A DNA stretch of 61,829 nt, the filler included, from Porpidia crustulata (taxonomy: Eukaryota): NCBI GenBank assembly GCA_964255105.1. It is 13 parts of 13 records of this genome, joined end to end, with 100 filler letters (N's around TTAATTAATTAA, not from the genome) between each part and the next. Parts side by side here need not be neighbours in the genome. Positions count along the whole stretch, not along the records: positions 9,562 to 14,237 come from CAXUWE010002020.1; positions 14,338 to 19,012 come from CAXUWE010002021.1; positions 19,113 to 23,786 come from CAXUWE010002022.1; 10 more parts are not named here. One strand, 5' to 3'. The notes below the pieces were generated by a model that saw only the letters and a list, made by a program, of their open reading frames with translations, was not told the DNA's origin and made no database searches. Both the position numbers and the translations under genes were made by a program. How positions within the stretch are numbered: the first letter of the stretch is position 1; each line of letters begins with the position of its first letter. Positions 11,519-23,886 of the stretch are shown here, one piece after another.

Positions 11519-12981
11519 TCACATCTTTGCAAGATCTAGAAGAGAATGAAACCAAGGTCGCCAAGTCTTCTCTGCCCACTGTACCACAAGGTGCAGTACA
11601 GCTATGATCTTATAGGTGTCAAAGCAATTACGCGTATTACCAACGTCAATCTTCTGCCAAATCACAGTCCTTCCCTCTTCCGGCGAAGGCTGATGCGAAA
11701 CAATGAGAAGATGCCAATCATGGCCTTGCGCAATCACAAGCGGCATTGCCGGGATGCGCAATTTTGCTGCTTCGTCCCCCATGAGCTTCTGGAGCCGCTT
11801 GAACAAGGCACCTGTCCAGATGGCGAGCTGGGGCTTACCGTCTGTCCAAGACTTGGCAGGTGCTTTTGTCTCGATATTGACTGCGATTGGAGTTTGTCTG
11901 ACGTTATTAGCCGTGGTGTGATTCCAGCTCCTGACTGTTCTGGGCCCGAGAGGTTGTAAATGCAGAAATGCCTTTTTGATCCGATCGTCTGGTACCAATA
12001 CAATACCGTAATCGACAACTCGTTTTGGTAAAGAGACTTCAGCGAGGGTAGGGGGATCAATAGAGGCGGTCTTCCTGGATGAAGGGCTACGTCAGTATCC
12101 TAGTCCAAGGTTCAATATAACGTACATATCGTTGTGGGGACGTACAACGATTTCACAGCCAGTCGTTGCGCGTGAGGCGAAGTTTCTACTGCCATATTTA
12201 TCAAAACTCTATGTATTTCATCATTCCAATCGTTCTCGTGTTCTCGATCGCTCTCGCATCGAATTGCTGCACTGACGAGCTTCAGAACAGGTGTCAGGTC
12301 CGGCATGATACCCATTTCACGACGTTTGGCGAGGTCGTTAGCCCAGGCGTAACTGAACCGCGTACGATCTCTTAGATCTAACCGACTTCGAGAACTTCGT
12401 AGGATTGTCAACTCGTCATCCTATTATTGACGAACATTAGCTTCGTCGAATCCTGCACGCCAGAGCGTCATCCTCACGTTGTATCCCAGTATCCCAATAC
12501 CATCTGCAAGAAGCTGTGCTTCTGCTCGCATCTTCTCCACATCTTTGAGTATGCTCGCCTCCGCGCTTCCAAAGTCGAGAACCTTGATCGGATGCTCAAG
12601 GTCTTCCAGTTGAGCCATCTGCTTCGAAGGACTCATTCGACCACTCTTATGCGACTCCAGCTCAGAACTGGCGGCTGAGCTTTGACTCTGTGCATCATAA
12701 CCTTCATACGATGCAGCAGACGATGCAATGAACTCTCCCTCTATCAATCCTATGTTGCGCTTCTTCGAAGGCCGGGGCGTCTTCTCCGGGTCAACCAATC
12801 TTTCCCTCTCTTCCATGGTGACTGAGAAGCGACGCTTATGCCCCTGAGGACGCGAAGACCTGGAGTTACCAGAGATCTGATGGAGGCTAGAAACAGGAGG
12901 TAAATTGATTCTGTCATCGAGCAACGATAGAGTCAGTCGTTCACGCCTGCAAAGAGAACTATCAAATTCGGGTGAGAACAT
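11519..12981 (-). CDS. PD-(D/E)XK nuclease-like domain protein (fungal PDDEXK_12-type); introns 12421-12477 and 12075-12145; start 12981 or 12816
   Basis: The spliced model is in frame and gives E(HENDWN)…RVVDYGI…PIAVNIETK…QLAIW…PLVIAQGHDW…IDVGNT…WAEKTWRPWF, the motif series of this fungal family. Splice sites are canonical (GTGAGG/GCTAAT/TAG and GTACGT/ACTGAC/CAG). Confidence 0.8.
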
Positions 12982-13337
12982 ACACTTCTTGCTGAACACT
13001 GCAAATTTGATCAATCCAGACTTCGATATCGATCATCGCGAGTCAGAATCGTATACTAGAGAAGGTCCCAGACAATGCAATTTGTGTTGGGCAAGGCAGT
13101 ATTTATTTTGCGCCTGCTTTGTTTACGTCGGACATAAGGTGATAAGATATCGGTCGTGGGGGGATCAGCCTTACCCCATCATCCAGGATCCTGCCACGTG
13201 GTAGCAGAAATAAATGGGACCTCAATATTAATCCTCAGTCCATATCATCAAATTTACTACTGTTGAAGATGAATATTGATTTGATGGTCAGTCGTTGATG
13301 TCATCAAATTAAAATTTCAATATTGCCGAGTATATTG

Positions 13338-13383
13338 CACCTAGGATTAGGGCGCTGGACATTGTAAACCCTAACCCTAGGTG
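13338..13383. repeat. 15-bp inverted repeat (1 mismatch) built from TTAGGG/CCCTAA-like units
   Basis: CACCTAGGATTAGGG (13338-13352) versus CCCTAACCCTAGGTG (13369-13383). Confidence 0.7.
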
Positions 13384-14237
13384 TCATGTTCGATTGAGGA
13401 GTGTGTTCGACTCAGTCAAATCGTGCCTTCAAACCAACTACGACTCAATTTACCTCAAGGCCTTGAATCCCAAAAGCTTCTCGCTGATGCACCCGCTATC
13501 TTTGCACCACAATTCTTGTGTGTCGTCACGAGTATCTGAGCCTTTTCTCCTGATAATCCGGCTCAGAAAAGCGGGGCGAAACAAGGTTGCTGCAGTACTC
13601 GATCACGTGGCTGAAGAAATACACCCCCAGAAGCCCTACATAACTAGGCACCCAGAAACAACAACCTACCCAAGCACTTCCAGGTAGCTGAAGGAGTGCT
13701 AGGGCCAGGGGTGTATCGCTTCTCCCCAATCGTGTCCACAAAAGATTCACCGAAGTCTCGTCTCCATCTGTCTGGAGCAGCTTGAACCCGAATCCCGACC
13801 ACCGATGCCCACCGCGGAATTCGGACGTGGATTAGAAATCTCCAGAACAATGAAATTAACGAATCTGAATAACTATTGCCGCGCGAAGTTTCTACATCAC
13901 CGAATCCTTGAAATGTTCCCAATTCCATCCCAGACCAGTTTTCGTCTGCGCGGAGTCCCATCATGATTTCTCACAGACGTACATACACGTAAGGTAGACA
14001 AGGAAAATCGCGACAAGGAGCCGTGTCCTCGGTTCTGCCGCGGGCCGATCCCGCCTCTGTGCGACCCCCAACCCGAGTCGTGGGTGTGACTGACCAGCCA
14101 GTACCTTTGCCAATACCACCCCAGAAAACAAATCCTCCAACGTCAGCAATTCTGGAATCGGCGAAGTCTCCATCGGGCGGAAAAGTCAACATCGAACAGC
14201 CCACCAACGTCAGCAATTCCAGAACCGGCAAAGTCTC

Positions 14238-14337
14238 NNNNNNNNNNNNNNNNNNNNNNNNNNNNNNNNNNNNNNNNNNNNTTAATTAATTAANNNNNNN
14301 NNNNNNNNNNNNNNNNNNNNNNNNNNNNNNNNNNNNN
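14238..14337. other. Artificial contig linker
   Basis: N44-TTAATTAATTAA-N44. Confidence 0.97.
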
Positions 14338-14655
14338 AGCAAACTCATCCCAGCCGCTTCTTCCCTATACTTTCAACTTTACATTTCCGCACCTCGCCAC
14401 GACCTGCTCCATCCACGATTTACAACCTCCGAAGCTTTCGCCCTCCTTTTAGCTATCTCTGCACGTCAGAAACAGTCATTCGCGGCTACCTCGCTACACA
14501 TTGATCCTCGAGAATATGAAAGACTCCAGGGTTTTATCTCAGTTGATGGTCTGATACGCTTCCTGGGGTTGCCAAGCTGCACGAAAGCCATTTTCTTACA
14601 TGCATTGCGAATCGCCGAACGTTCTTTCTTGACAGATGCTTCGTGCATTATTTAA
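14338..14655 (+). CDS. Possible 3' end of an unidentified gene (105 codons open from contig start)
   Basis: Stop-free frame SKLIPAASSLYFQLY…IDPREYERLQGFISVDGLIRFLGLP…SCII*. No family recognised. Confidence 0.25.
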   Translation, partial: SKLIPAASSLYFQLYISAPRHDLLHPRFTTSEAFALLLAISARQKQSFAATSLHIDPREYERLQGFISVDGLIRFLGLPSCTKAIFLHALRIAERSFLTDASCII

Positions 14656-16591
14656 GAGCTCAGAGCGTTGAGTAAACGGGATGGCTCGGCGTGGGCTGTG
14701 TTGTTGTCACTTGTGGCTTAAACGGCGGAGCCTCTCAGGGATGGCGCTCCGATGCTGCTATAGTCTAATCAGTCTCCAAGGCAAGTGCTTGTTCTCTGGC
14801 AGAGCATTCGTACAGCTGAGTTTACCTTCATCAACGGCTCTTATCCTGGACCTACAGTCTTGGTTGTATATACTCATTTGATTAATCATGGTATTCTCCT
14901 TAGTTTGACTTTCATTTTCTAGCACTCTGTGTGATATTCGCAGCCTCATGAGCTGGGTCCGAGACGGCCTGGAGAGGATTGCAGCGACCGCAATATCAAT
15001 TCGGGAGCACATACCCGCATCACTTCGGTGGCTCTGGGATGCAAGACTGAAGTGCTCACAATGACATTGTATTGACTCAAAATCGAAGTCTACTGTCTAC
15101 GTCCCAATAGGTAGACTTCCAATCCAAGTCAAATCCTCAGCTTAGTGTAAGCTAGCCTCTAACCAGCATCTACGCACATGCAGCTGTTGCAAGGGTAATC
15201 GAACACGCAGTCAGACTGCTTTGGGCCGAGTAGAGCAGTTGGTTCTGAAATTGGGAATCCGTTGATTTTGGATGATGATGACGACATAACTCAAATAAAC
15301 AATTGGGGATGGGACAGCAGGGCTACCATTCCTTCTCGAGCCTGCCACGTGCCTGCCAAGCTGCTAGTCAACGCTAGTTAAGCTGGCAAAGAACTTACTG
15401 GGCCCGAACTCGATCAACGTATTATGAGACTTGGGACCGTCCTCTGTGGAATTCGAAGGACTAGGTCAGCCGTCAAACTTACCCCTGGCTACCAGACGCC
15501 TGGTCTCTTCTATCGAATCTTCGCTCACACCCTCCCTTTGTGACATTAGATAATTTCAAATACTGTTAATGGCATGACGCATACTAGACAACGGTAAGTG
15601 TGGCGACAAAAGCAGTCGTGACTCTCACATCCAGTAAGACGAGATCGGATTCCGTACACTTCCAACCCGATAATGGTTAATCGGTGTGAATATGTTACTT
15701 AATCGAGTATCCCTGGCGTACTGCTAGTCCCAATAAAAGCCAGTCCCTCAAAAGGGGATTAGCACCATTGAGCTATACCATAATAGTCCAAGCCATGGTC
15801 CCCGTAGCGCAGCCCAACCAGGAAAACATCCTGGATTCATGCTGCATTACCGATGGACGTGCGATGTCAAGCACGATTACCACCGGGAGTCCATCGATTC
15901 GTTGGCGCATTCTGCAGACTGCAAATGCCTTTAGTTCGACTCTAGTTTTCCAATCAAGTCCTCTGGATCCACCGTGCCTGGACAAACGACGGCAATAGGA
16001 TCACTGCATTTGCCGTACAGTGTACCTAATGCCGACGGCAATAGGCTATTCATGATCATCAATTCATTCAAGACCTCAAGATGTTGAGTTTGCTAGTCAC
16101 GGGCCGAGCCCCAGATCTGAATCCATCCTGGCAGCACGCTCCCGGCAGAGATCGCAGCGATCGTCGATAGCATTGTTAGGTTTTCATTGCGTTACCTCAT
16201 AGTGACTTCATTTCTATGTCTAGCAGGAAGAAAATTCTCTGACGACGACCCAATCAGGACATGCCAGACTCCTCCAAGAACGCTGTCTGTCCTACCGTCC
16301 AATTGGCCTGTTGCTGAGAAGGCACCAAGGCGATGGTTAAGCTTTTCGCCCCAGCTCTTACGCGGATTTCTTGTAGTGTTTAGTTGTGTTCATTTCATGA
16401 AGCGTTCCGAATGCTAGTTTTCCCTTCTCCCATGAAGCTTTGCGTCCAGTCTAAAATCATAATGGCGCTTGATTCTTGCCAAGGCCAGAGCCATAGCGCT
16501 ATGTGCCACCTTTTTGATAAGTCCCTTCGTTCTTTCATTCCAAGATATTGTGCTTCTCCCCACTGAGATTTCCCCGGGCCTGAGAGTAGCG

Positions 16592-19012
16592 ATGAGTTCA
16601 GAATATATCACTATACCCCCTGGGCTCCTCACTACCTGGGGAGGTGTCCAGCCTAGCAACACGTCTGTAGGCAATGATACGTTAGAGACCTTTGACGTTC
16701 ATGAAGTAGCCATTGGAAGAGCAAGAAGAGCCTTGTCAGTCAGTATCGGAGGACTCGGACGGACTAGGGAAACCGGCATAGAGACGAACGCGAATGAATT
16801 TTCTATTCTTGGAGCACCCCGGCGAGCTACGCAGGATGAAACCTCAATCGATCCCCGCGCGCCTCCTCCTTTCAGGAGACCGCAGCGATCAGCAACGATC
16901 AGTCTCTCGAGATCTAACGTCACCAGCTCCAGGACTTCGACAGCGTCGACGCGTCGACCCTCGAATGTCGAGCAGTCAGTTTTCCAAATACCCAAACCAG
17001 TCGCAACCTCTGGTCAGACAGGCGACAACTTCTACATGCTCCAGAGCCTCAACAATTATCAGTTTCCCGGAACCGCACACAACGTGACCGCACCACTTCC
17101 CGTCCTCATTAACAGAGACTCTGGTTGGAGTCCAGAACGCAAGCGAAGCAGTGCCGCAGTAAGGCCTGACATCGAGCGAGTCGCATCAGACAGATCGTGG
17201 GCACCAGGTCTCGACGTTATTCGTCGGGCAAGCATAGCGATAGAAGACACCTTTGAAAACCTTACCAATCTTGCTCGCCGCAGTACTTTGAGCGACATCT
17301 ACGACAAGGCCAAGGTGCGCCAGATACAGCTGCAGCGGAGCACCATCGTACAAGTTGGGTTCCAATATATGTTCTATTTGCTCATCTTAGCTTTCATCTT
17401 CTTTGTGTTTGTGGGAATCCCTCTTTGGAAAGGGGTCGTATGGTACATTTACATAGTTTTTAGCCAAAAGTTGGCCATTCCGGTTGGGACCGGGGTATTC
17501 TTGGGTATAGGATTTCTGTTTGTGACCCCTTTCGGTTCGACACTTATCAGTGCACTAACAGCAAATCGTAGGTACGCTTATTTACCACTTTTAATCCCTT
17601 TCGAAAAATCTGCCCCCGAAAAGACAGCCTTTGAGATAGCCACGCGCACAGCTCGTGGAAGGGTCAATAATGATACAGCTTTACTCATTCCTTGTTACAA
17701 GTCTGAAAGCCTTATTGCAGCAACCCTAGAAGCTGCTCTCAAGGTTTTCCCCGCTGAATGCATATTTGTGTGTGACAACGTTCATGATTCCCAGGTCTGT
17801 CTGAAAACTAACAAATTAACAGGTAATCGCCAATGGAAATTCTCCTGTGCCCTTGGACGATACGGCTTCAGTGTGCGCACGATTTGGTGTTTCTCACACC
17901 TGGTCACCTCTCGGCTCCAAAATTATTGCCCAATACGTCGGCTGCTATGTCGCCCGCGACTTTCCATACGTCCTCCTTATCGACGACGATTGTCTTCTTC
18001 CTCCAAATTTTCCCATTGTCTCGGACCGTCTGAAAGGCAACGTTAAGTGCATCGGCTACACTATCAAGAGTGTTGGTCCAAATCGCAGCAGGGGCACGCT
18101 GTGCCAGCAGGCGCAGGATATCGAGTATAAAATCTCAGGTGTGCAGAGAGCTTTTGCGGGAAAGTTGGGGAGCGCAACGTTTCCACATGGGGCGATTAGC
18201 ATTTGGGAGAACGAGCTGTTGGTAAAGACCTTTCAAGAACACCCGGGTTTCTCCGTCAGCGAAGATTGGTTCTTTGGTCATGTGGCGAGACAGCTGGGCA
18301 GCCGGATCCAGATGTGTACGTCTGCGTTTGTGGAGACAGAGACACCGGACGCGATATTTTTTAGTGGTGGTGGCGCTCGGGGTGGTTTTGGGGAGTAAGA
18401 ACAGCCACAATCGTAAAGAGTCGTTTAGGCTTCTGCTGACTAGACATCTCAGAATGACTGTGTGGAAACAACGATTTTATCGCTGGAATTTCTTCTTCGT
18501 GAACGGAATATACTACGACATGTACTACATCCTCTTCAATTGGAAGCTCGGGTGGTGGGAAATCGGTGCGAAACTTTTCGTCTTCCAGGAAGTCTACGAG
18601 ACATTGCTATACCTCCTCGCCCCCTTCGTCCTCCCCATATCCTTTTACGTTCGTCCGCTCTTCACATTGTACATGTTCGTGGCCACCTTGGGTCTTTACA
18701 TGGTCAACGTACTCGTATTCAACTACGTAAGTGATACTTATCCCTCAATTCTCTTCCCGCCAATCAACGAACTAACCCAAATCCCCACCGCTCAACAGAT
18801 CCACCTGCGCTCCCGTCACGAAAGCGTCACGGCCCTATGTCTCGCTTACTACATCCCCTACAAAACCGTGCTCACCTTCGTCAACATCGCCTCCTGCTAC
18901 TACTCCATCTACAAATACGCCACCTACTTCGCCAAACGCCACCCCAAAGTCATCGAAGACGAAAAAGCCGTCGGCATCGTTCTCAAACTCGAAGAAGAAG
19001 CAAACTCCCGCC
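16592..19012 (+). CDS. Processive family-2 glycosyltransferase, membrane-bound, 3'-truncated; introns 17518-17571, 17768-17822, 18395-18452, 18727-18798
   Basis: ALLIPCYKS, VIANGNS, LLIDDD (DxD), SEDW (catalytic D) and KQRFYRW (QxxRW-like), with TM helices on both sides. Four GT-AG introns with CTAAC/CTGAC branch sites restore one frame. Confidence 0.88.
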
Positions 19013-19112
19013 NNNNNNNNNNNNNNNNNNNNNNNNNNNNNNNNNNNNNNNNNNNNTTAATTAATTAANNNNNNNNNNNNNNNNNNNNNNNNNNNNNNNN
19101 NNNNNNNNNNNN
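19013..19112. other. Artificial contig linker
   Basis: N44-TTAATTAATTAA-N44. Confidence 0.97.
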
Positions 19113-21481
19113 CGCCGTCCTCTCCTCGACGCAGTCTTTGAAGAAGAGGTGGCCGCAGGTTTTTATCACGGTGTCTTTGAAGCGGATGCGGCAGACGGTG
19201 CAGTTGGCGATGGTCTGGGTGGGGGGGGATTGAATTAGCGAGATAGATACAGAGGTAAGAGGATGAGGGATGGATGATGGAACACCTACACGAAGCATTT
19301 CGTACTCGCTGCTTTGGTTGCCAAGGCCCTTGGTCTTCCACGACTCCAGACATTTCTGCGTCTCTTCGAGGCGGACTTTGAGCTGCTCGATTTCCACCTC
19401 GGCTTTGCGTTGCGCGCTTGATGCTGTGCTGGCAGAGGTGTCTTTGGTTAAAAGGGACTTTTTGAGGTCTTCGGCTTGCGCTTTCATGCCTTCGAGGGTG
19501 ATGTTCCGCTCGTTGACTTGCTGTTGGCAGGTGCGGTGCTGGTGGGTCATGGCTGTCAGGGACTCTTTCATTTCGGCGACATGCTTTTCCAAATTTATAT
19601 TCAGGGCCCGGACTGAAGCTTCCGAATCTTTGAGTTGGGAAACAATGTCGGAGCTCTTGGAGTTCTGAGCGCGGAGGGTTCTGACCTCTTGATCTCTGGC
19701 ATCCTTCGATTTCATGGCTGCAAAATACTTTTGATCAGCCTTGGACTTTTCAGCCCCTAATCTTATGACTTTATCTTCCAGGGCTGATAAATTGCTGATC
19801 TTCTGAGAGGCTAGCGAGGATGCTTTCGTGTATGCCGTTCCCATTGACTGAAGCTCTTGGCTTAGCATCTTATACTGCCTTTCCAGATTTGCGTATTTAC
19901 TATGAAGCTCCTCGGTTGATAGATCATCCAGAACAGCATCTGGACTTGCAACGCCGTTTGATTGACCGACCCGCTCGCCAAGTCGCTCAAGCTGGGACTC
20001 CAGTACCTTGATACGCTCCTCTTTTGCACAGGCAAGCTCCTTAACCTGTGCAATAGACGCCTTTTCTTGGTTTTGGGTAGCTTTCCGCATCGATACATCT
20101 GCGATCAATTCATCCCTAGCAGTCCGTATTCTTGCCAAATCATTCTCGGCTTGAGCGATCTGAGATTCTTTCTCTGCAAAAGCAGCTTGAGACTCGTTCT
20201 CTAATTGCAAACGAAATGCAGTCCTTTCTGCCTGTAGTTTTTCGGCTTCTTCCCGTAATTGCACATTCGTCGCTTCTAGGTTATTGATTCGCTTTATAAC
20301 GTCCTCGTGCTGAGACTTTAGATGCTTGAACAGGTCCGTTTTGCTGTAATCTTCATCCGTTAAGCGAGAAAACCGACTATTCAGAGTCGTAAATTGAGTC
20401 GTGAGCTTTCTATTTTCTGATTCAAGGACCTCAATTTGTTCTTTTTGTTTCAAAGATGCAGCAACGGCCTCGTTCCGTGCCTCCTCCGCTTCGAAAAGAT
20501 CATCGCCATTTTCGGATTTGATATTCGCAGTGTCATCTTGCCCACTTCCAGACCCATCTTTGCCATCTCCTAAGCCACCACTTCTCGCATTGCCGCCCCC
20601 GTATATAGCCTGTTTTTCAAGTTTTGCTACAGTGGCACTTTTCGAACGATCAAGCCGTTTCTCAGCCAACATATAGCGAAGCGACGCTTTCTCTAATCGG
20701 TCTATATATTCGTCCCTCTCCAAACGAGTTCTTTCCAATTCAGTAATGTGACCTTTCTCGGTAGCCAGTAGCTGAGCAATGCGACCTTGAAGTTCTGAAA
20801 TCTCAGGTGATGTCGGTGCGGACGTGGAGAAAAGATGTGAGATCGTCGATGATATCTCGGCAGATCTTGACTTTAAATGCTCAGAGAAAGTGGGAATTTC
20901 CGTGGTTAGAAGTGCAGAGGGAAATGCTTGGAAATTCGAGTGATTGTCCAATTGGCCGACCAGGATCTTTACTTCGTCAAGTAGCTACGTAATCAGAGTA
21001 TGAGCGCCATATACCACAACAATGGTGTACATAATTTCACTAACCTGGCAGAACCAAGCATCAATAACTCGGAGGTGCTCATCATGATGTGTTGTGCGCT
21101 TCGCTAACTCATGTAATCTTTTCTCGGCGGTGTCCCTTTCCCGTTGTGCCTCCTTCATTTGGCGCAAGATAGCTTCTTTCTGGAAACGCTGTGAACAGGG
21201 AAGAGTGTCAGCGTTTTAGATAATGCGGAGGTGGAGGACACACTGCTTGTCATTCTATCAAGCTACTAGTGTCAGGATGCGACTGCAAAGCTTACCTCAA
21301 GATCATCCTTCCATGGCATGTCGGCGTCGGGATGAGCCTTTGCACCGTTGGCAGACGTAGCCTGCTTCTTTAGAGGAGGTGCAGAAGAGTCATGATCATT
21401 GGGGGCTGGTCTTTTCCTTTCCTCCATCTTCAAAGGGTCAGATGAAGAAAGGGAGACAGGATGACTTCCGACGAGGTTCAT
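19113..21481 (-). CDS. BRE1: E3 ubiquitin ligase BRE1 (H2B monoubiquitination), 3'-truncated; introns 21189-21295, 20985-21044, 19215-19289
   Basis: MEERKRPA…PWKDDLE/RFQKEAILRQMKE…HLRVIDAWF, a long coiled coil, EKSKADQKYFAAMK, and a C-terminal RING CTVC…KTCGHLF. Confidence 0.93.
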
Positions 21482-21843
21482 CAGTGCCAGCAATCCTTGT
21501 ATTGAAGTGAAAAACGCTTGTCTGCTTTCCGGAACAACAAAGACTCCTTAGAAGGCTCTGTGAACCAGTGGACAGCCGTATTGGGGGTGTTGATCTTTGT
21601 TAACAACAGCTGGTAACAGGAGTAATTTTTTGAGGTGCAATCTTCCGCCTTGTCTTAGCGGTAATTCTACGCGCTAAACTGACTAGCCGCGGCAAATCTT
21701 ACCCCTCTGCCTCTCAAGAGCCTCTGGGAGATCGTGGGGCTCTTTTAACGTTATTTAGATGATCCAACTGAATATACACAACCACCAAATACTGCCCTAG
21801 TCAGTCACCAAACCATGAGACTGGTCAAGGAGAGGTAGCAATC

Positions 21844-23786
21844 ATGTCAGCATTGGGAAGCTCTGTGATTAGTACAGTTCACTCACATAAGTCAGGTTCA
21901 GTCAACTGACTTCGGTAAAGACAAGTCCGGGAAGAAGTTCGCGCCCAAAGCTCCAATTCGACGTCCGACCGCCCCAGACTCAGTACAGACCTCTGCAAGA
22001 ACCAGTATAGATAGGCAAATCGTCTCTCAGACTCCCCAACCTCAGCCTGAACAGCAATCTGTTATAACCTCTCATCCACCTGCAGTGTCATTGCCTACTC
22101 CTGCTCCCTCTCAGCAAGCGATTGTCGCTGCCCTAGCATCCACCTCTCAAGATGAAACCGCCACTCTGATATCAATTCCTATCACGCGTAAATTACAATT
22201 TAGTCATCCTCAAAATGCCTCCACCAAAGTTTCAACTCCAACTAATCCTCGAAAACGCACCGCTCAGCCCGTTGATGCTACCCTTACACATGCCCCGGAT
22301 TCTGATGCTACAAGTCACACTGTAACGTCAGCTTCAGGAAAGCTAGCTGATGCGGCAACGGCAGAGGTCGTTGCTCCAGAGAATCCGATCACTCCTTCTA
22401 CCACTACCAATTCAGCAGCGTTCGCAGGTAATTCTACAATTGTAGTTCGGCCAACTACAGAGACTCTTCAAGACAACGCGAAGCTACCTGTCAAACGTCG
22501 AAGAATAGAGAAACCTCAACAAAATCAACGGGATGTGCCTACCAACAGCGCCAACATACCGCGGCCAACAACTGAAACCGATGTTCTAGTCTTAGGGCCA
22601 CCAACCACTCTCGCGCAAGGAACGGTCTCCTCACAGCCTACGCCACAATCTGCGAGGAAGAGCAAAGCGAGGATATCGGCCAAAGCTAGGGGGAAGCAGC
22701 GCGCTGGTGTTCCTCCGGCTTCGACGCCTCCGGAAGCAACCCAGACGGTCGCTGGCTCAGCCAGTACGGGTAACCAAGCCCCAAAAGCACAACCGCCAAG
22801 GGCATCAGCGAAGAGAAAAGGCAGGCAAACTGCGGAAGATGCGGCTGCTGATGTTGTTGCGGACGCCGTCCAAGGAACAGCTAGGAAGAGAAAGGGTACC
22901 TATACTCGACGCAGACGCTCTCCTACTCCAGATGAAGCAGCCACGGAAACTATTTCTTCATCTACGATCAAAATGGCAGAACTCTGCAAGGACACGCGTA
23001 AGGGAAAGAAGTCGAAGAGAGAAGCAGAGCTACAGGCCATGGAGGAAGCAGAGTATGTAAAGAAAAAGCAGAAGGAGGTGCAAGCCCTAGTCGCGGCCGA
23101 AGAACCTGAGGCCCCCGTCCCCGACGCCCAAGAGACAGCCGACCAGAGGCTGGAAAGATTAGCGCAAGCGAATCAGGCAGATCGAGCAGTACCCCAACTC
23201 ATCATTATAGATAACGAGATCATGATTGACCAAAACACCCTCCAAATCGATCGCCACGCCAACGCCGCCGCCGAGCGTAACGCCGAACAACTCGAATCCG
23301 TCGACGAAACCGACCTCTCGCGCCGCGTCAACGCGGCCACGTTTCGAAACGTCGACCGCAGCGGCTCCTGGGATGAAGAGCAAACCAATCTCCTTTACCA
23401 CGGCCTCCGCATGTTCGGCACGGATTTTCAAACCATCAGCAAAATGTTCCCAGGCCGCAGCCGCCGCAACATCAAGCTCAAATTCTGCAAGGAAGAAAAA
23501 GTGGATTATCAACGCATCAAGACGGCGCTCATGGGCGAGCGTATACCCGTGAACATTGACGAATTTTCCAAAATCACCAATACGGTGTTTGACGATCCAA
23601 AGGAGCTCGAGAGGGAGATGGAGGAGGATCGAAAGGCACTGGAGCGGGACATGGCGGCGGAGAAGGAGGTGATGCAGGAGGCGGTGCGGAAGAGGGCGGA
23701 GGAGGCGAGGATGGAGGGGGAGGCTGTTGCTGAGGAGACGAGCGGTAAGGAGAATGGGAGGAGTGGGAGGGAGAGCGGGAAGGGAG
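21844..23786 (+). CDS. BDP1: TFIIIB B'' subunit Bdp1, 3'-truncated; intron 21872-21920
   Basis: The spliced N-terminus is MSALGSSVINKSGKKFAPKAP. It also has the KMAELCKD and VPQLIIIDNEIMIDQNTLQID motifs and a SANT/Myb-like domain WDEEQTNLLYHGLRMFGTDFQTISKMFPGRSRRNIKLKFCKEEK. Divergent from BRE1. Confidence 0.92.
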
Positions 23787-23886
23787 NNNNNNNNNNNNNN
23801 NNNNNNNNNNNNNNNNNNNNNNNNNNNNNNTTAATTAATTAANNNNNNNNNNNNNNNNNNNNNNNNNNNNNNNNNNNNNNNNNNNN
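23787..23886. other. Artificial contig linker
   Basis: N44-TTAATTAATTAA-N44. Confidence 0.97.

Noticed and set aside
13732..14237. Ser/Pro/Thr-rich + frame with four TGA/TAA stops, possibly a RIP-mutated gene
   Set aside because: Four stops in ~169 codons is not clearly below chance, and no family was recognised.
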